DNA of 64,000 nucleotides from Tepidisphaera sp. (GTDB lineage Bacteria > Planctomycetota > Phycisphaerae > Phycisphaerales > UBA1924), in assembly GCA_050916045.1 (NCBI GenBank), contig CP051526.1, forward strand, positions 2,272,001 through 2,336,000, given 5' to 3'. The position numbers and the translations under genes are program-made. This document shows, piece after piece, positions 36,518 to 46,703 of this stretch (within the stretch, counting starts at the first letter, position 1; the number at the start of each line of letters is the position of its first letter). The notes beneath the pieces are model-generated. The model saw only the letters and a list, made by a program, of their open reading frames with translations. It did no database searches and was not told the origin of the DNA.

Positions 36518-37510
36518 ATGAAAGCTGGCCTGAAAAAAGCGTGTCTGAGCATGATCGGTGTGGCGGCGTTGGTGATGGTCGCGGGTTTCGGCCCGGATGA
36601 CTCCAAGAAGGTGACGGTCGACAAGGCCTTCAAGTCGTACCAGCAGGCCCAGGGCGTTTCGGGCAGCATCAAGAGCATCGGTTCGGACACCCTCAACAAC
36701 CTGATGACGGGTTGGACCGAGGCGTACCGCAAGTTCTACCCGGGCGTGAACGCCGAAGTCGAGGGCAAGGGTTCCTCGACGGCTCCGCCCGCGCTGACGG
36801 ATGACCAGGCCCAGTTCGGCCCCATGTCCCGCCCGATGAAGGGCGAGGAGATGGACAAGTTCGAGAAGAAGCACGGCTACAAGCCCACCGAGCTTCGCGT
36901 GGCGGTTGACGCCCTCGCGATCTTCGTGCACAAGGACGCTCCGATCGAGGAAATCTCGATGGAGAACGCGATGAAGGTGTTCTCGGTCGCCGGGACGGAC
37001 ATGACCTGGGGCGACCTGGGCGTGACGAACCCCGACTTCAAGAGCAAGCCGATCGCGCTGTACGGCCGCAACTCGGCTTCGGGCACCTACGGGTACTTCA
37101 AGGAGCACGTTCTCCAGAAGAAGGACTTCAAGGCGACCGTGAAGGAGCAGCCGGGCTCCTCGGGCGTGGTGCAGGCTGTTGCGACGGACAAGTTCGCGAT
37201 GGGTTACTCGGGCATCGGTTACGCGACGGCTGACGTCAAGGCCCTGAAGGTCGTCGCCAAGGGCGGCAAGAAGGCGGTCGCGGCGACGGCGGAGAACGCT
37301 TACTCGGGCGAGTACCCGATCGGCCGTTTCCTGCTGATCTACGTGAACTACAACGCGAAGACCGGTCTTGACCCCCTTCGTTCGGAATTCATCAAGATGC
37401 TCTACAGCAAGGACGGTCAGGAGATCGTGGTGAAGGACGGCTACTTCCCCGTTACTCCGGAGATCGCTCGTGAAGACCTCAAGAAGGTCGGCGTGAAGGC
37501 TGACTTCTAA
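36518..37510 (+). CDS. pstS: Phosphate ABC transporter substrate-binding protein
   Basis: GSDTL, GKGSSTA, GRNSASGTYGYF, MGYSGIGY, YPIGR. Confidence 0.95.
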   Translation: MKAGLKKACLSMIGVAALVMVAGFGPDDSKKVTVDKAFKSYQQAQGVSGSIKSIGSDTLNNLMTGWTEAYRKFYPGVNAEVEGKGSSTAPPALTDDQAQFGPMSRPMKGEEMDKFEKKHGYKPTELRVAVDALAIFVHKDAPIEEISMENAMKVFSVAGTDMTWGDLGVTNPDFKSKPIALYGRNSASGTYGYFKEHVLQKKDFKATVKEQPGSSGVVQAVATDKFAMGYSGIGYATADVKALKVVAKGGKKAVAATAENAYSGEYPIGRFLLIYVNYNAKTGLDPLRSEFIKMLYSKDGQEIVVKDGYFPVTPEIAREDLKKVGVKADF

Positions 37511-37594
37511 GGCGCCCGGCGGCGACGGACCTCCCTCGCCGCGGGTAGACTAGTCACTCATACGGGTCGGCCGCGTCACCGCGACCGACCCGCT

Positions 37595-40447
37595 TTGTTG
37601 AACAGCGACACGACCAACCCGAGCGACGCACCGGCCGCGGTCCGGCGTGTCGCGCGCCGGACATCGAGCGCGGGCGTGAAGGCGATGGACCGGATCGCCG
37701 AGTCTGTGATCACGGTGGGCGGGATCTCGGTGATCATCGCGGTTCTAGGGATCTGCGTGTATCTCGCGGCCCAGGTCGCGCCGCTCTTCACCTCTGGCAC
37801 GGTTGAGCGGGTGGCCGCGGCGCAGGGTGGAAGCGTGGCCGAAGCTGTACCGCCCGCCGTCTTCCGAATGGACGAGTATCAGGCTGTCGCCCTGTCCATC
37901 GGGGCCGACGGGGTGGCGACAGCGAGGCATCTGGCGGGGGGTGAGACCCTTGGGACTCTGAGGCTGGTGCCCGAGGACGAGAAAGTGACGGCTTCGGCGT
38001 TCGAGGCGTTGCCGGGGCTTCTGGGCCTTGGTACCGAGTCCGGCAAGGTGTTGCTGGGCAAGCTCTCGTTCGAAGCTGAGCTGCTGTCGCCGGAGGAAGC
38101 GGGCGAAGAGGCCAAGGGGCTTGCAATCGGGCGATCCAAGGTGGGCACGAAGACCGAGGAACGAATCCTCGGATCCGTGCTCCAGCGGGTTTCGGAGACC
38201 CAGTACCGCCGGGTGACGCCGGTGATCGAGATGGGGCCGCCGACGGAGATTGGCGAAGGAACCGGCGCGATCCACGCGATGGACTACCGCGAGACGGCGG
38301 GTCGCGAGTTCATGGTGGCGATCAAGACCGACGGCACGGCGGTGCTGGACGTCGTCACGACCGTCAAGCCGCTGGGGGGCGGGAAACCTCGAACACAGCT
38401 GACCGCGTACCCGATCCCGTTTGCCGCACCGACAGGTCGCGGCCTTCCGGAACGGCTCTTCATTACGGGAGACGGTCAGAGCGTGCTCGCACTGTGGAGC
38501 GACGGACTGGTTCAGCGGTACCGCAGCGCGAACCCGGAAGATTACCCGGTGGTTTTCGCTGAAGAGTGGCAGTCGTTGCCGGCGGGGCGAAAGGTCACCG
38601 CCGTCGCGATGCAGCTTGGCGGCCTGACGCTCATCCTGGGCGATGATGCGGGGTTCGTGTCGCGCGGGTTCGCGGCGGTGGATGTGGCGGCGAAGACGCC
38701 GGACGGCCAGCGGCTCGTGAACGCGGGGTCTGAGAAGGTGTCGAGTTCGGCGATCCGCTGGATCGGGACCTCGATCCGCGACCGGTGCATCGCTGTGGCC
38801 GATGCGGACGGGCAAGTGGGTGTGGTGCACGCGACGTCGGGCAAGTGGGTGGTGCCGATGGCGGACCGCGGGGACGGGCCGCTCGCGGCGGTGGCGATTG
38901 CGCCCAAGGTCGACGGGCTGGCGTTCCTGACGCGGGCGGGCGGCTTGGGGTACGCGACGCTTGACAAGGGGTATCCGGAAGCGAGCGTGAAGTCGCTCTT
39001 CGGCAAGGTGCATTACGAGGGAACGACGGCGCCGCAGTTCGTCTATCAGTCTTCGTCGGGCGAGGACTCGGCGGAGGTGAAGTACAGCCTGGTGCCGCTG
39101 ATTCACGGCACGCTCAAAGCCACCGCGTTCGCCATGGTGATCGCGATCCCCCTCGGAGTCCTCGCGGCGATCTACACAAGCGAGTTCCTGTCCAAGCGGA
39201 CCCGTCGCGTGGTCAAGCCGACGATCGAGATGATGGCATCGCTGCCCTCCGTGGTCCTCGGGTTTCTGGCGTCGATCGTGATCGCGCCGTTCGTAACCGA
39301 GCACCTGAGCGCCGTGCTTCTGGTCTTTCTCACGCTTCCGATCGGGATGCTTGCCGGCGGGTATCTGTGGCAGTTGATTCCGCGTGCGGTGGTTCGGAAA
39401 GTGCCGCCGATCGCAAAGCTGCTTTCGATGGCGGGCGTGTTCGGGATGTCGGTGGCGTCGGCGTGGCTTGTGGGTCCGGCGGTTGAGCACACGTTCTTCA
39501 AGCCTTCCGTCGAAGATCGCTGGGTTGCGGCGGGATCGGTCACGCCGGCCACGGCGGAAGAGATTCCCTCGTGGGTGGGCTCGCGGGCGACAATGAGCAG
39601 TTCGGACCGCCGAGAGCTGCGACGCGAAGGGCTTTACTTCGTCGACAAAGCTGTCGTCAAGCCGAAGGCACCCGCGGCGGAGCTTCCGCCGGTGGAGGGA
39701 TCGATCCGAGGGTGGCTCGACGGCGGGTTCGGGAACGCGGTGCCGGGGTGGTTCCTTCTGCTCACGGGCCCGGGGATCATCGGAGCGTCGCTTGCGGTGC
39801 GTCTGGTCCTCGGACGGACGCTTGACGACATCGTGGATGCCTCGACGCCGCTGGGAGCGGCGTTGATTGAGCTTGGGCGATTCGCCGTGGTTCTGGCGGT
39901 CGGGCTTGGGCTTTCATACGGAGCGGCGACGCTTCTGGACTCCCTTGGGATCGACGCGCGGGATTCGCTGATGGGCGAGTACTCGCAGCGGAACACGCTT
40001 GTGGTGGGGATGGTGATGGGTTTCGCGATCATTCCGATCATCTACACGATCTCGGAAGACGCGATGGCGGCGGTGCCCTCGTCGCTTCGTTCGGCGTCGC
40101 TGGGAGCGGGCGCGACGCCGTGGCAGACGGCGGTGCGCGTGGTGATGCCCGTGGCGGCGTCGGGAATCTTCTCGGCGATCATGATCGGCCTGGGCCGCGC
40201 GGTAGGCGAGACGATGATCGTGGTGATGGCGACTGGCAATACGGCGGACCTGTCGTGGAACATGTTCTCGGGATGCCGCACGCTTTCGGCGAACATCGCG
40301 ACCGAGCTTCCCGAAGCGGGTCGCGGGGATGTGCACTTCCGGGTGCTTTTCCTCTGCGGGCTGGTGCTCTTCGTGATGACGTTCGCTCTGAATACGACGG
40401 CTGAACTGATCCGGCAGCGTTTCCGGAAGAGGAGCGCGGCGCTGTGA
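37595..40447 (+). CDS. pstC: Phosphate ABC permease with large extracytoplasmic beta-propeller-like domain
   Basis: KPTIEMMASLPSVVLGF, SEDAMAAVP, ASLGAGATPWQT, GRAVGETMIV. Confidence 0.92.
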   Translation: MLNSDTTNPSDAPAAVRRVARRTSSAGVKAMDRIAESVITVGGISVIIAVLGICVYLAAQVAPLFTSGTVERVAAAQGGSVAEAVPPAVFRMDEYQAVALSIGADGVATARHLAGGETLGTLRLVPEDEKVTASAFEALPGLLGLGTESGKVLLGKLSFEAELLSPEEAGEEAKGLAIGRSKVGTKTEERILGSVLQRVSETQYRRVTPVIEMGPPTEIGEGTGAIHAMDYRETAGREFMVAIKTDGTAVLDVVTTVKPLGGGKPRTQLTAYPIPFAAPTGRGLPERLFITGDGQSVLALWSDGLVQRYRSANPEDYPVVFAEEWQSLPAGRKVTAVAMQLGGLTLILGDDAGFVSRGFAAVDVAAKTPDGQRLVNAGSEKVSSSAIRWIGTSIRDRCIAVADADGQVGVVHATSGKWVVPMADRGDGPLAAVAIAPKVDGLAFLTRAGGLGYATLDKGYPEASVKSLFGKVHYEGTTAPQFVYQSSSGEDSAEVKYSLVPLIHGTLKATAFAMVIAIPLGVLAAIYTSEFLSKRTRRVVKPTIEMMASLPSVVLGFLASIVIAPFVTEHLSAVLLVFLTLPIGMLAGGYLWQLIPRAVVRKVPPIAKLLSMAGVFGMSVASAWLVGPAVEHTFFKPSVEDRWVAAGSVTPATAEEIPSWVGSRATMSSSDRRELRREGLYFVDKAVVKPKAPAAELPPVEGSIRGWLDGGFGNAVPGWFLLLTGPGIIGASLAVRLVLGRTLDDIVDASTPLGAALIELGRFAVVLAVGLGLSYGAATLLDSLGIDARDSLMGEYSQRNTLVVGMVMGFAIIPIIYTISEDAMAAVPSSLRSASLGAGATPWQTAVRVVMPVAASGIFSAIMIGLGRAVGETMIVVMATGNTADLSWNMFSGCRTLSANIATELPEAGRGDVHFRVLFLCGLVLFVMTFALNTTAELIRQRFRKRSAAL

Positions 40448-42774
40448 TGCGTGAACCCACGAGCACGGCGCAGCAGGGCCCGGGCGGCAAGGGCGCTCGG
40501 CGGACGCCCATGGCGGCCCGCGGCGAGCCGATGATCTGGCTGATGGGGCTGGCGTTGGTGCTCTGCTTTGTCGGCGTGGTGTCGCTGGTGGGCAAGGTGG
40601 CGGTCGAAGGTGCGAACACGTTCTGGCCGCGGCCGATCGAGCGGGTGACCCTCCGCGCAGCGGACATCTCGGCGAAAGGTCGCGAGTTCTTCGGAATCCC
40701 GATGCGGGAGGAGCCTTTCTCGCCCTCGCCCGAGCTTCAGAAACGGATCGATGAGCTTCGCGCGGCCGGAAAGCTGCCCGAAGGCTCGGTGGACGCGGAA
40801 GGCCTGGCGATCCGGCGGCTTTACCGGGCCGGCAATCGCGACGTGACGAACGAACCGTTCATCTGGGTTCCGCTTTGCAACATCATGGAAGCGACGCGTC
40901 CGAAGGACGTCGTGCTTCTGGAGCGGACCAAGTGGGGTATCTGGATCGGCACGCCCACCGCCGTCGTCAAGCAGACGCTCGCGGAGGAGGGATCGGCTGC
41001 GGCGGGAGGCACCGTTCGGACCGAGCGGGTGAAGCTCGGCGATGACAAGACCTACGACCGGGCGTACCTCGCGGAAGGCGCTGACGCCGTGCTCGCCGGA
41101 CTCGGAGATTACCTTGCGGAAGCGGCGACGCGACGCGAGGAACTCGATCGCATCGACAAGCACGTCATCGGAAGCATCAACGACAGGATCGCGGTGGAGC
41201 GTGAACGGCAGCGGAACGCGGACCGTCGCGTCGCGATCTCGGGCGGGACGAGCAAGTCGCTCTCGGTCGGGTCGTCTTGGCTTCTCTGGGGTGGAATCGC
41301 CGCGCTCGCGGCGCTCGCGGCGGGGCTTTCGTGGAAGCTGTCGCGTGTGACGGTGAGCGTGACTCGTCCGCAGCTTTGGCGGGCTTCGCTGATCCGGCTT
41401 CTTGCCGTGGCGAGCCTGCTCGGCGTCGTGGGCATGGTGACGCTGCGGCCCTGGCGTGAGCGTCCGATCGACGCGACCGAGCACGCGGCGATCTCCGCGT
41501 CGGTAGCGGCGGAGCTTGCTTCGCTGCAGAAGGAGTATCAGGACGCGGACGCGACCAAGCGGAAGCTCGAGCGGGAGGATTCGCAGTGGCGGGTGATCAT
41601 GAAGGATGCGAGCGGTGCGAACTTCGCCCCCATCGCGATGACCGACCCTGACCAGCCGATGAAGATCTCGCAGATCGTCCGGATGGTGGACGCGAACGCC
41701 CTCACGACTTCGGGCAAGCTGGGCGTGTATCTGTCCCGCTGGGGCGAGTTCCTCGGCGATGATCCGCGGGAGCAGAACACCGACGGCGGCGTCTTCCCGG
41801 TGATCTTCGGGACGGTGCTGATGACGATGCTGCTTTCGGTCATCGTCGTGCCCTTCGGGGTGATCGCGGCGCTCTACCTGCGTGAGTACGCGAGGCAGGG
41901 CGTTGTGACGTCCATCCTTCGGATCGCGATCAACAACCTCGCGGGCGTGCCGTCGATCGTGTTCGGGATGTTCGGCCTGGGTTTCTTCTGCTACACGGTG
42001 GGCGCGTACATCGACAAGGGGCCCGAAGCGGACACCCGCTCGACCCCGGGCGTGTGGTGGGTTTGGGCGGCGGGCGTTGGCGTGGTGACGGTGGCGGCGC
42101 TGGTCGCCGCGCTGATGGCGCGTCCCATTCCCGGCCAGCCAATCCGATCTTCTCACCGCGTGATGGCGTTTGTCACGGCGGTGCTCTGGTTCGTCGCGGC
42201 CGGAGCGGCGGTCGCCCTTGCGGCGCACACGCCGTACTTCGACGGGTTCTTCACCGATCGTCCGGACTCGACGTTCGGGAAACGCGGACTGCTCTGGGCT
42301 TCGCTGACACTGGCTCTGCTGACCCTTCCGGTCGTGATCGTGGCGACGGAGGAAGCGGTCGCGGCGGTGCCGCGTTCGATGCGCGAGGGGTCGTACGGGT
42401 GCGGAGCGAGCAAGTGGCAGACGATCCGGCGGATCGTGCTTCCCGGCGCAATGCCGGGCATCATGACGGGGATGATCCTGGCGATGGCCCGCGGCGCGGG
42501 CGAGGTCGCTCCGCTGATGCTGGTGGGAGCGATGAAACTCGCCCCGGAGCTTCCGTTCTCGTCGCAGTTCCCGTTCCTTCACGCGGACCGCTCGTTCATG
42601 CACCTTGGGTTCCACATCTTTGACCTGGGTTTCCAAAGCCCGGACGCGGAAGCGGCGCGGCCGCTCGTCTGGACCACGACGCTCCTCCTGATCGCGATCG
42701 TCGTGACGCTCAATCTGTCGGCGATCATGCTCCGCGCCCGGCTGAAAGCCCGCGGGTCGGGCTCGGCGGTGTAA
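40447..42774 (+). CDS. pstA: Phosphate ABC permease with N-terminal extension
   Basis: [40 protein letters not shown]. Confidence 0.92.
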   Translation: MREPTSTAQQGPGGKGARRTPMAARGEPMIWLMGLALVLCFVGVVSLVGKVAVEGANTFWPRPIERVTLRAADISAKGREFFGIPMREEPFSPSPELQKRIDELRAAGKLPEGSVDAEGLAIRRLYRAGNRDVTNEPFIWVPLCNIMEATRPKDVVLLERTKWGIWIGTPTAVVKQTLAEEGSAAAGGTVRTERVKLGDDKTYDRAYLAEGADAVLAGLGDYLAEAATRREELDRIDKHVIGSINDRIAVERERQRNADRRVAISGGTSKSLSVGSSWLLWGGIAALAALAAGLSWKLSRVTVSVTRPQLWRASLIRLLAVASLLGVVGMVTLRPWRERPIDATEHAAISASVAAELASLQKEYQDADATKRKLEREDSQWRVIMKDASGANFAPIAMTDPDQPMKISQIVRMVDANALTTSGKLGVYLSRWGEFLGDDPREQNTDGGVFPVIFGTVLMTMLLSVIVVPFGVIAALYLREYARQGVVTSILRIAINNLAGVPSIVFGMFGLGFFCYTVGAYIDKGPEADTRSTPGVWWVWAAGVGVVTVAALVAALMARPIPGQPIRSSHRVMAFVTAVLWFVAAGAAVALAAHTPYFDGFFTDRPDSTFGKRGLLWASLTLALLTLPVVIVATEEAVAAVPRSMREGSYGCGASKWQTIRRIVLPGAMPGIMTGMILAMARGAGEVAPLMLVGAMKLAPELPFSSQFPFLHADRSFMHLGFHIFDLGFQSPDAEAARPLVWTTTLLLIAIVVTLNLSAIMLRARLKARGSGSAV

Positions 42775-42785
42775 AGGCGCCAACA

Positions 42786-43712
42786 ATGACCACGACCGCA
42801 TCCCCCACTCCTTCAACCATGCCCACCGCGGACCCATCCCCGACCCAACGGATCGCTTTCGGCGACATGAACGCGCCGGCGCCGGTGTACCGCGTCATCG
42901 ACGCGATTCGCGGCGGACAGGCCCACACCCCCGAGATCCACGAGACGGCCAAACGCGAGGATGCGCTGCTTGAGATGAAGGACTTCTGCCTGTACTACGG
43001 GAAGGCCAAAGCTCTTCACTCGATCAGCATGAAGGTCGCCCGCGGCAAGGTCACGGCCCTGATCGGGCCCTCGGGCTGCGGCAAGTCCACCCTGCTGCGT
43101 TCGGTCAACCGGCTCAACGACCTCATCGACGGCGTGCGGATCGAGGGGGACATGCTCCTCAACGGCGAAACCGTCTACGCCCCGGACGTCGACGTGATCG
43201 ACCTCCGCAAGCGGCTTGGCATGGTCTTTCAGAAGCCCAATCCGTTCCCGATGTCGATCTTCGAGAACGTCGTCTACCCGCTCCGCATCGACGGTGAGCG
43301 TCGCAAGAGCGTCCTGCAGGAAGCGTGCGAGAAGTCGCTGAAAGCCGCGGCGCTGTGGGAAGAAGCCAAGGACCGCCTGCACGAGTCTGCTCTTGGCCTC
43401 TCCGGCGGGCAGCAGCAGCGTCTGTGCATCGCGAGGGCGATCGTCGCCGAGCCCGAAGTCCTGCTGATGGACGAGCCGTGCTCCGCGCTGGACCCGATCG
43501 CGACGCTCCGCATCGAGGAACTCATCGAAGAGGTGAGCCAGCGGTACACCGTGCTCATCGTGACGCACAACATGCAGCAGGCCGCCCGCGTCAGCGACTA
43601 CACCGCGTTCCTTTACCTCGGCCGGCTCGTTGAGTACGGCCTGACCAAGGACATCTTCCAGAACCCGCACCTCCGCGAGACGGAAGACTACGTGACGGGC
43701 CGGTTCGGCTGA
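42786..43712 (+). CDS. pstB: Phosphate ABC transporter ATPase
   Basis: [41 protein letters not shown]. Confidence 0.96.
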   Translation: MTTTASPTPSTMPTADPSPTQRIAFGDMNAPAPVYRVIDAIRGGQAHTPEIHETAKREDALLEMKDFCLYYGKAKALHSISMKVARGKVTALIGPSGCGKSTLLRSVNRLNDLIDGVRIEGDMLLNGETVYAPDVDVIDLRKRLGMVFQKPNPFPMSIFENVVYPLRIDGERRKSVLQEACEKSLKAAALWEEAKDRLHESALGLSGGQQQRLCIARAIVAEPEVLLMDEPCSALDPIATLRIEELIEEVSQRYTVLIVTHNMQQAARVSDYTAFLYLGRLVEYGLTKDIFQNPHLRETEDYVTGRFG

Positions 43713-43732
43713 TCAGGGGTTCGCAGGGGCGA

Positions 43733-44188
43733 TCACTCGGATCGCAAGGCCAGCACCGCAAAGAGCGCCGCCGCGCCGAGCGTGAGCACGACGAGCAGTT
43801 TCATTCGCTCGGTGACGCCACTTGCCGCGGAAGCGATGCCTGTGCCCGGATCGATGTGGAACGTGATCGAGGAGTCGAGCGGGAAGTCGTCGATCCCGGC
43901 TTGCCTGGCTTCTGCCTTGCTCCGGAACCACTCGAGATGGATTTCCGGGTCGAGATTGGTGACCACTTCACCGACGGAACTCTGGTAGCGTATCTTGAGC
44001 AGCGGTCCGTATCGAGGAGCGTTTGAACGCGGCGCTCTGCCCTCCTTGATCTCGTGGCCGACCACAACGCCCGTCACTTCGATGTGGTTCCGCTTGGACC
44101 AGTACGGCCAGACGACCAAGCCGATCGCGATGATGAGCAGCGCTCCCGCGTTTAGCCAACAGGTCGCCGCTTGCCGGCTCCATCGCAT
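43733..44188 (-). CDS. DUF3592-like membrane protein
   Basis: TM, VTGVVV beta region, ITFHIDP, C-terminal TM. Confidence 0.55.
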   Translation of the reverse strand: MRWSRQAATCWLNAGALLIIAIGLVVWPYWSKRNHIEVTGVVVGHEIKEGRAPRSNAPRYGPLLKIRYQSSVGEVVTNLDPEIHLEWFRSKAEARQAGIDDFPLDSSITFHIDPGTGIASAASGVTERMKLLVVLTLGAAALFAVLALRSE

Positions 44189-44192
44189 GCGA

Positions 44193-46064
44193 TCACTCGT
44201 CCTTGCCGCCAAGCCACGAATCAAACTGCTTCTTCTGCTCGTCGCTGATCTCATCGAGCTTGCGGATCGACGGCGAGACGTCGGGCTGACCCCCGATGGT
44301 GATGACCGCTTCGCGGAGCACGTCGTGCCGGAAGAACGCGAAGCGGACGGTGTCGCCGACGGCTCGCAATCCGATCTCCTTGTCGAGATCCGCCGCTCTC
44401 AATCGGCGGCCATCGATCGCGACGAGGATGTCGCCCGGAACCAGACCGGGTCCAAAGTCGGGCCGGAGCGCGGGCGAATCGGTCGCGACGACGGTGACTC
44501 GGGCAACGCCGGACTCGTCCGTAGCGGTCACGCCCAGGTACGGAAGGGCCTTTTCGCCCGGCTCGGCGCGATACTCGCGGCCGACGACCGCGAGAGCGGC
44601 GTTGAAATCAAGCTGGCCTGTCCCGTGGACGGCGGTCCGGAAGAAGGTCTCGATCCACTCGGCGTCGGGCGGGCATTCCGCAACCTCGGCGATGATCGCC
44701 CGCAGGTCGGCTTCGGAGAAACCCTTGTCGGGCGTCGGGAAGCGTTCGAAAAGCCTGCGGGAAACGGTGTCGAGCGACGCCCCGGGCTTGCGCTTGCGGA
44801 TCTCCATATCGAGCAGGAAGCTCACCAGGGATCCCTTGTCATAGAACGAAACGGTGGAGTTGTTCGCGTCGGCGGTCTTCTTGTTGAACTTGACCCACGC
44901 GTCGTAGCTTGAGTGGGCGACGCTCTGGACCCGCGAACCGAGCTTGGTCTGCTCGGTGCGGATGGTCTTGGCCAGGTTGTCGAGGAATCGCGAACGGGTC
45001 ATCAAGCCCGCCCGCACGAGTACGACGTCCTCGTAATACGTGGTCATGCCTTCGGAGACCCAGAGCAGCGTCGTGTAGTTCTCGCGCTGATAGTCGTACG
45101 GAGTGAGGCCCTGCGGCCGGAACCGCTTGACGTTCCACGTGTGGAACATCTCGTGCGAGACGAGTGACAGGAAGGACCGGTAGCGTTCGGCGTCGCGGAT
45201 GGCTTCCGGCGGCGTCTGCATGATCGTCGAGTTCCAGTGCTCGGTGCCGCCGCGACCGCCCGGGTAGCAGTGCAGCAGGAAGACGTACTTGTCGTACGGG
45301 AGCGAGCCGAAGATGTCTCGCTGAGCCTCCACGATCTTGGCGAAATCCCCGCCAAGGTTGTCCCACTTGGTCGCGCGGGCCTTCGTCTGTGAGCCTTCCG
45401 TCGACGGCTCGCCCGTCCAGATCGCGATCTCGTGCGGCTTGCCGTCGACGTCGAAGGTGATGACGTGATGGACGCCGGCTTCGATGGGCGAGTCGGCGAG
45501 GATGTCGTAGTTGGGGGCGGAAAGCTCCCAGCGGTCATCCGCGATGCGGCCGGAGCCGCCCAGCCCGCTGGAAACGCGCCACGCGGCGCCACCCTCGCGG
45601 ACGGGAAGCGTGAGCTTGACCTCCGCGGGGAGGTTCCGCCACTCGTGAGCGTACATCAGCACCGTGGCGGGGTTGAAGAACGCGTGCGTGTCGTCGGCGT
45701 GGCGGGTCCGGTTGTCGAGGCTCGCGGCCCAGACGTCGTACTCGACCACCACGGATTGAGCGGAGCCGGTCTGAACGCGCCAGGAGGATTTCTCGGTCTT
45801 CTCGATCTCGAGCGGGGTGCCCTCGGCGGAAGCGGCTTTCACCTGCCGCACCGTGCCCGCCTGATCGAGAATCAGGTACAAGCCCGGCCGCCAGACGGGA
45901 AGGTGCACATCAACCGTCGGCGTCGTGACACCCTGAAGGGTCATCTTGACTCGGATGACCTGCTCACCCGAGCGGGTGAGGTCCACGTCGTACATCACCG
46001 GCCCGGTCTGGGCCAAAGCCGAAGCAGTCGAGAGCAGGGTCGCAAAGGTCGCAAGCGATTTCAT
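44193..46064 (-). CDS. M61 glycyl aminopeptidase family protein with PDZ domain
   Basis: LPVWRPGLY, GGTEHWNS, HEMFHTWNVKR, LWVSEGMTTYY, YDKG, C-terminal PDZ. Confidence 0.93.
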   Translation of the reverse strand: MKSLATFATLLSTASALAQTGPVMYDVDLTRSGEQVIRVKMTLQGVTTPTVDVHLPVWRPGLYLILDQAGTVRQVKAASAEGTPLEIEKTEKSSWRVQTGSAQSVVVEYDVWAASLDNRTRHADDTHAFFNPATVLMYAHEWRNLPAEVKLTLPVREGGAAWRVSSGLGGSGRIADDRWELSAPNYDILADSPIEAGVHHVITFDVDGKPHEIAIWTGEPSTEGSQTKARATKWDNLGGDFAKIVEAQRDIFGSLPYDKYVFLLHCYPGGRGGTEHWNSTIMQTPPEAIRDAERYRSFLSLVSHEMFHTWNVKRFRPQGLTPYDYQRENYTTLLWVSEGMTTYYEDVVLVRAGLMTRSRFLDNLAKTIRTEQTKLGSRVQSVAHSSYDAWVKFNKKTADANNSTVSFYDKGSLVSFLLDMEIRKRKPGASLDTVSRRLFERFPTPDKGFSEADLRAIIAEVAECPPDAEWIETFFRTAVHGTGQLDFNAALAVVGREYRAEPGEKALPYLGVTATDESGVARVTVVATDSPALRPDFGPGLVPGDILVAIDGRRLRAADLDKEIGLRAVGDTVRFAFFRHDVLREAVITIGGQPDVSPSIRKLDEISDEQKKQFDSWLGGKDE

Positions 46065-46137
46065 CGTCCGCTAGTGTATCGGCGGAGGCTGCTCACCGCA
46101 GCCGCGCGGACCACCCGGGGGGAGTACGCTTTCCGCC

Positions 46138-46653
46138 ATGCAGAACGTCGAATTCAAAGCGGAGCTCCGGGACCCCGCGCTCGCGCGGACGATCCTGGGT
46201 TCCGCCGGTTTCGGCGCGACGTGGATCATCCAGCTCAAGCAGACGGACACGTACTTCAAGGTCCCCGCCGGCCGGCTCAAGAAGCGAGAGTGCCCGGGTG
46301 AGCCCACCGAGTACATCTTTTACGACCGCGCGGACAAAGCCCAGGCTCGCCTCAGCCACTTCAAGATCTACAGCGAGGATCAGGCGATCGCGCGGTTCGG
46401 CGCCAGCCCCCTCCCGGTCTGGCTGGTCGTGCGAAAGACCCGCGACCTCTACATGCACGGCAACGTGCGGATCCACCTCGACCAGGTCGAAGGACTCGGC
46501 TGGTTCATCGAGTTCGAAGCTCTGGTCTCGCCCCAGCACACCATCGAACGATGCCATGAAGCCGTCGCCGACCTGCGGGCCCGGCTTGCGGTCGCCATCG
46601 GCGAGCCGATGGCGGGCGGGTACAGCGACATGCTGGCGAACGAACCCTCGTAA
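46138..46653 (+). CDS. CYTH-domain (class IV adenylate cyclase-like) protein
   Basis: NVEFKA, QTDTYF, RLKKR, RIHLDQVEGLGWFIEFE. Confidence 0.92.
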   Translation: MQNVEFKAELRDPALARTILGSAGFGATWIIQLKQTDTYFKVPAGRLKKRECPGEPTEYIFYDRADKAQARLSHFKIYSEDQAIARFGASPLPVWLVVRKTRDLYMHGNVRIHLDQVEGLGWFIEFEALVSPQHTIERCHEAVADLRARLAVAIGEPMAGGYSDMLANEPS

Positions 46654-46685
46654 AAAGAAAAGCCCCGCGCTCTCGCGCGGGGCTT
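46652..46685. terminator. Terminator between convergent genes
   Basis: A-tract followed by AAGCCCCGCGC-TCTC-GCGCGGGGCTT. Confidence 0.8.
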
Positions 46686-46703
46686 GCTGAGGATCGATCA
46701 GAT

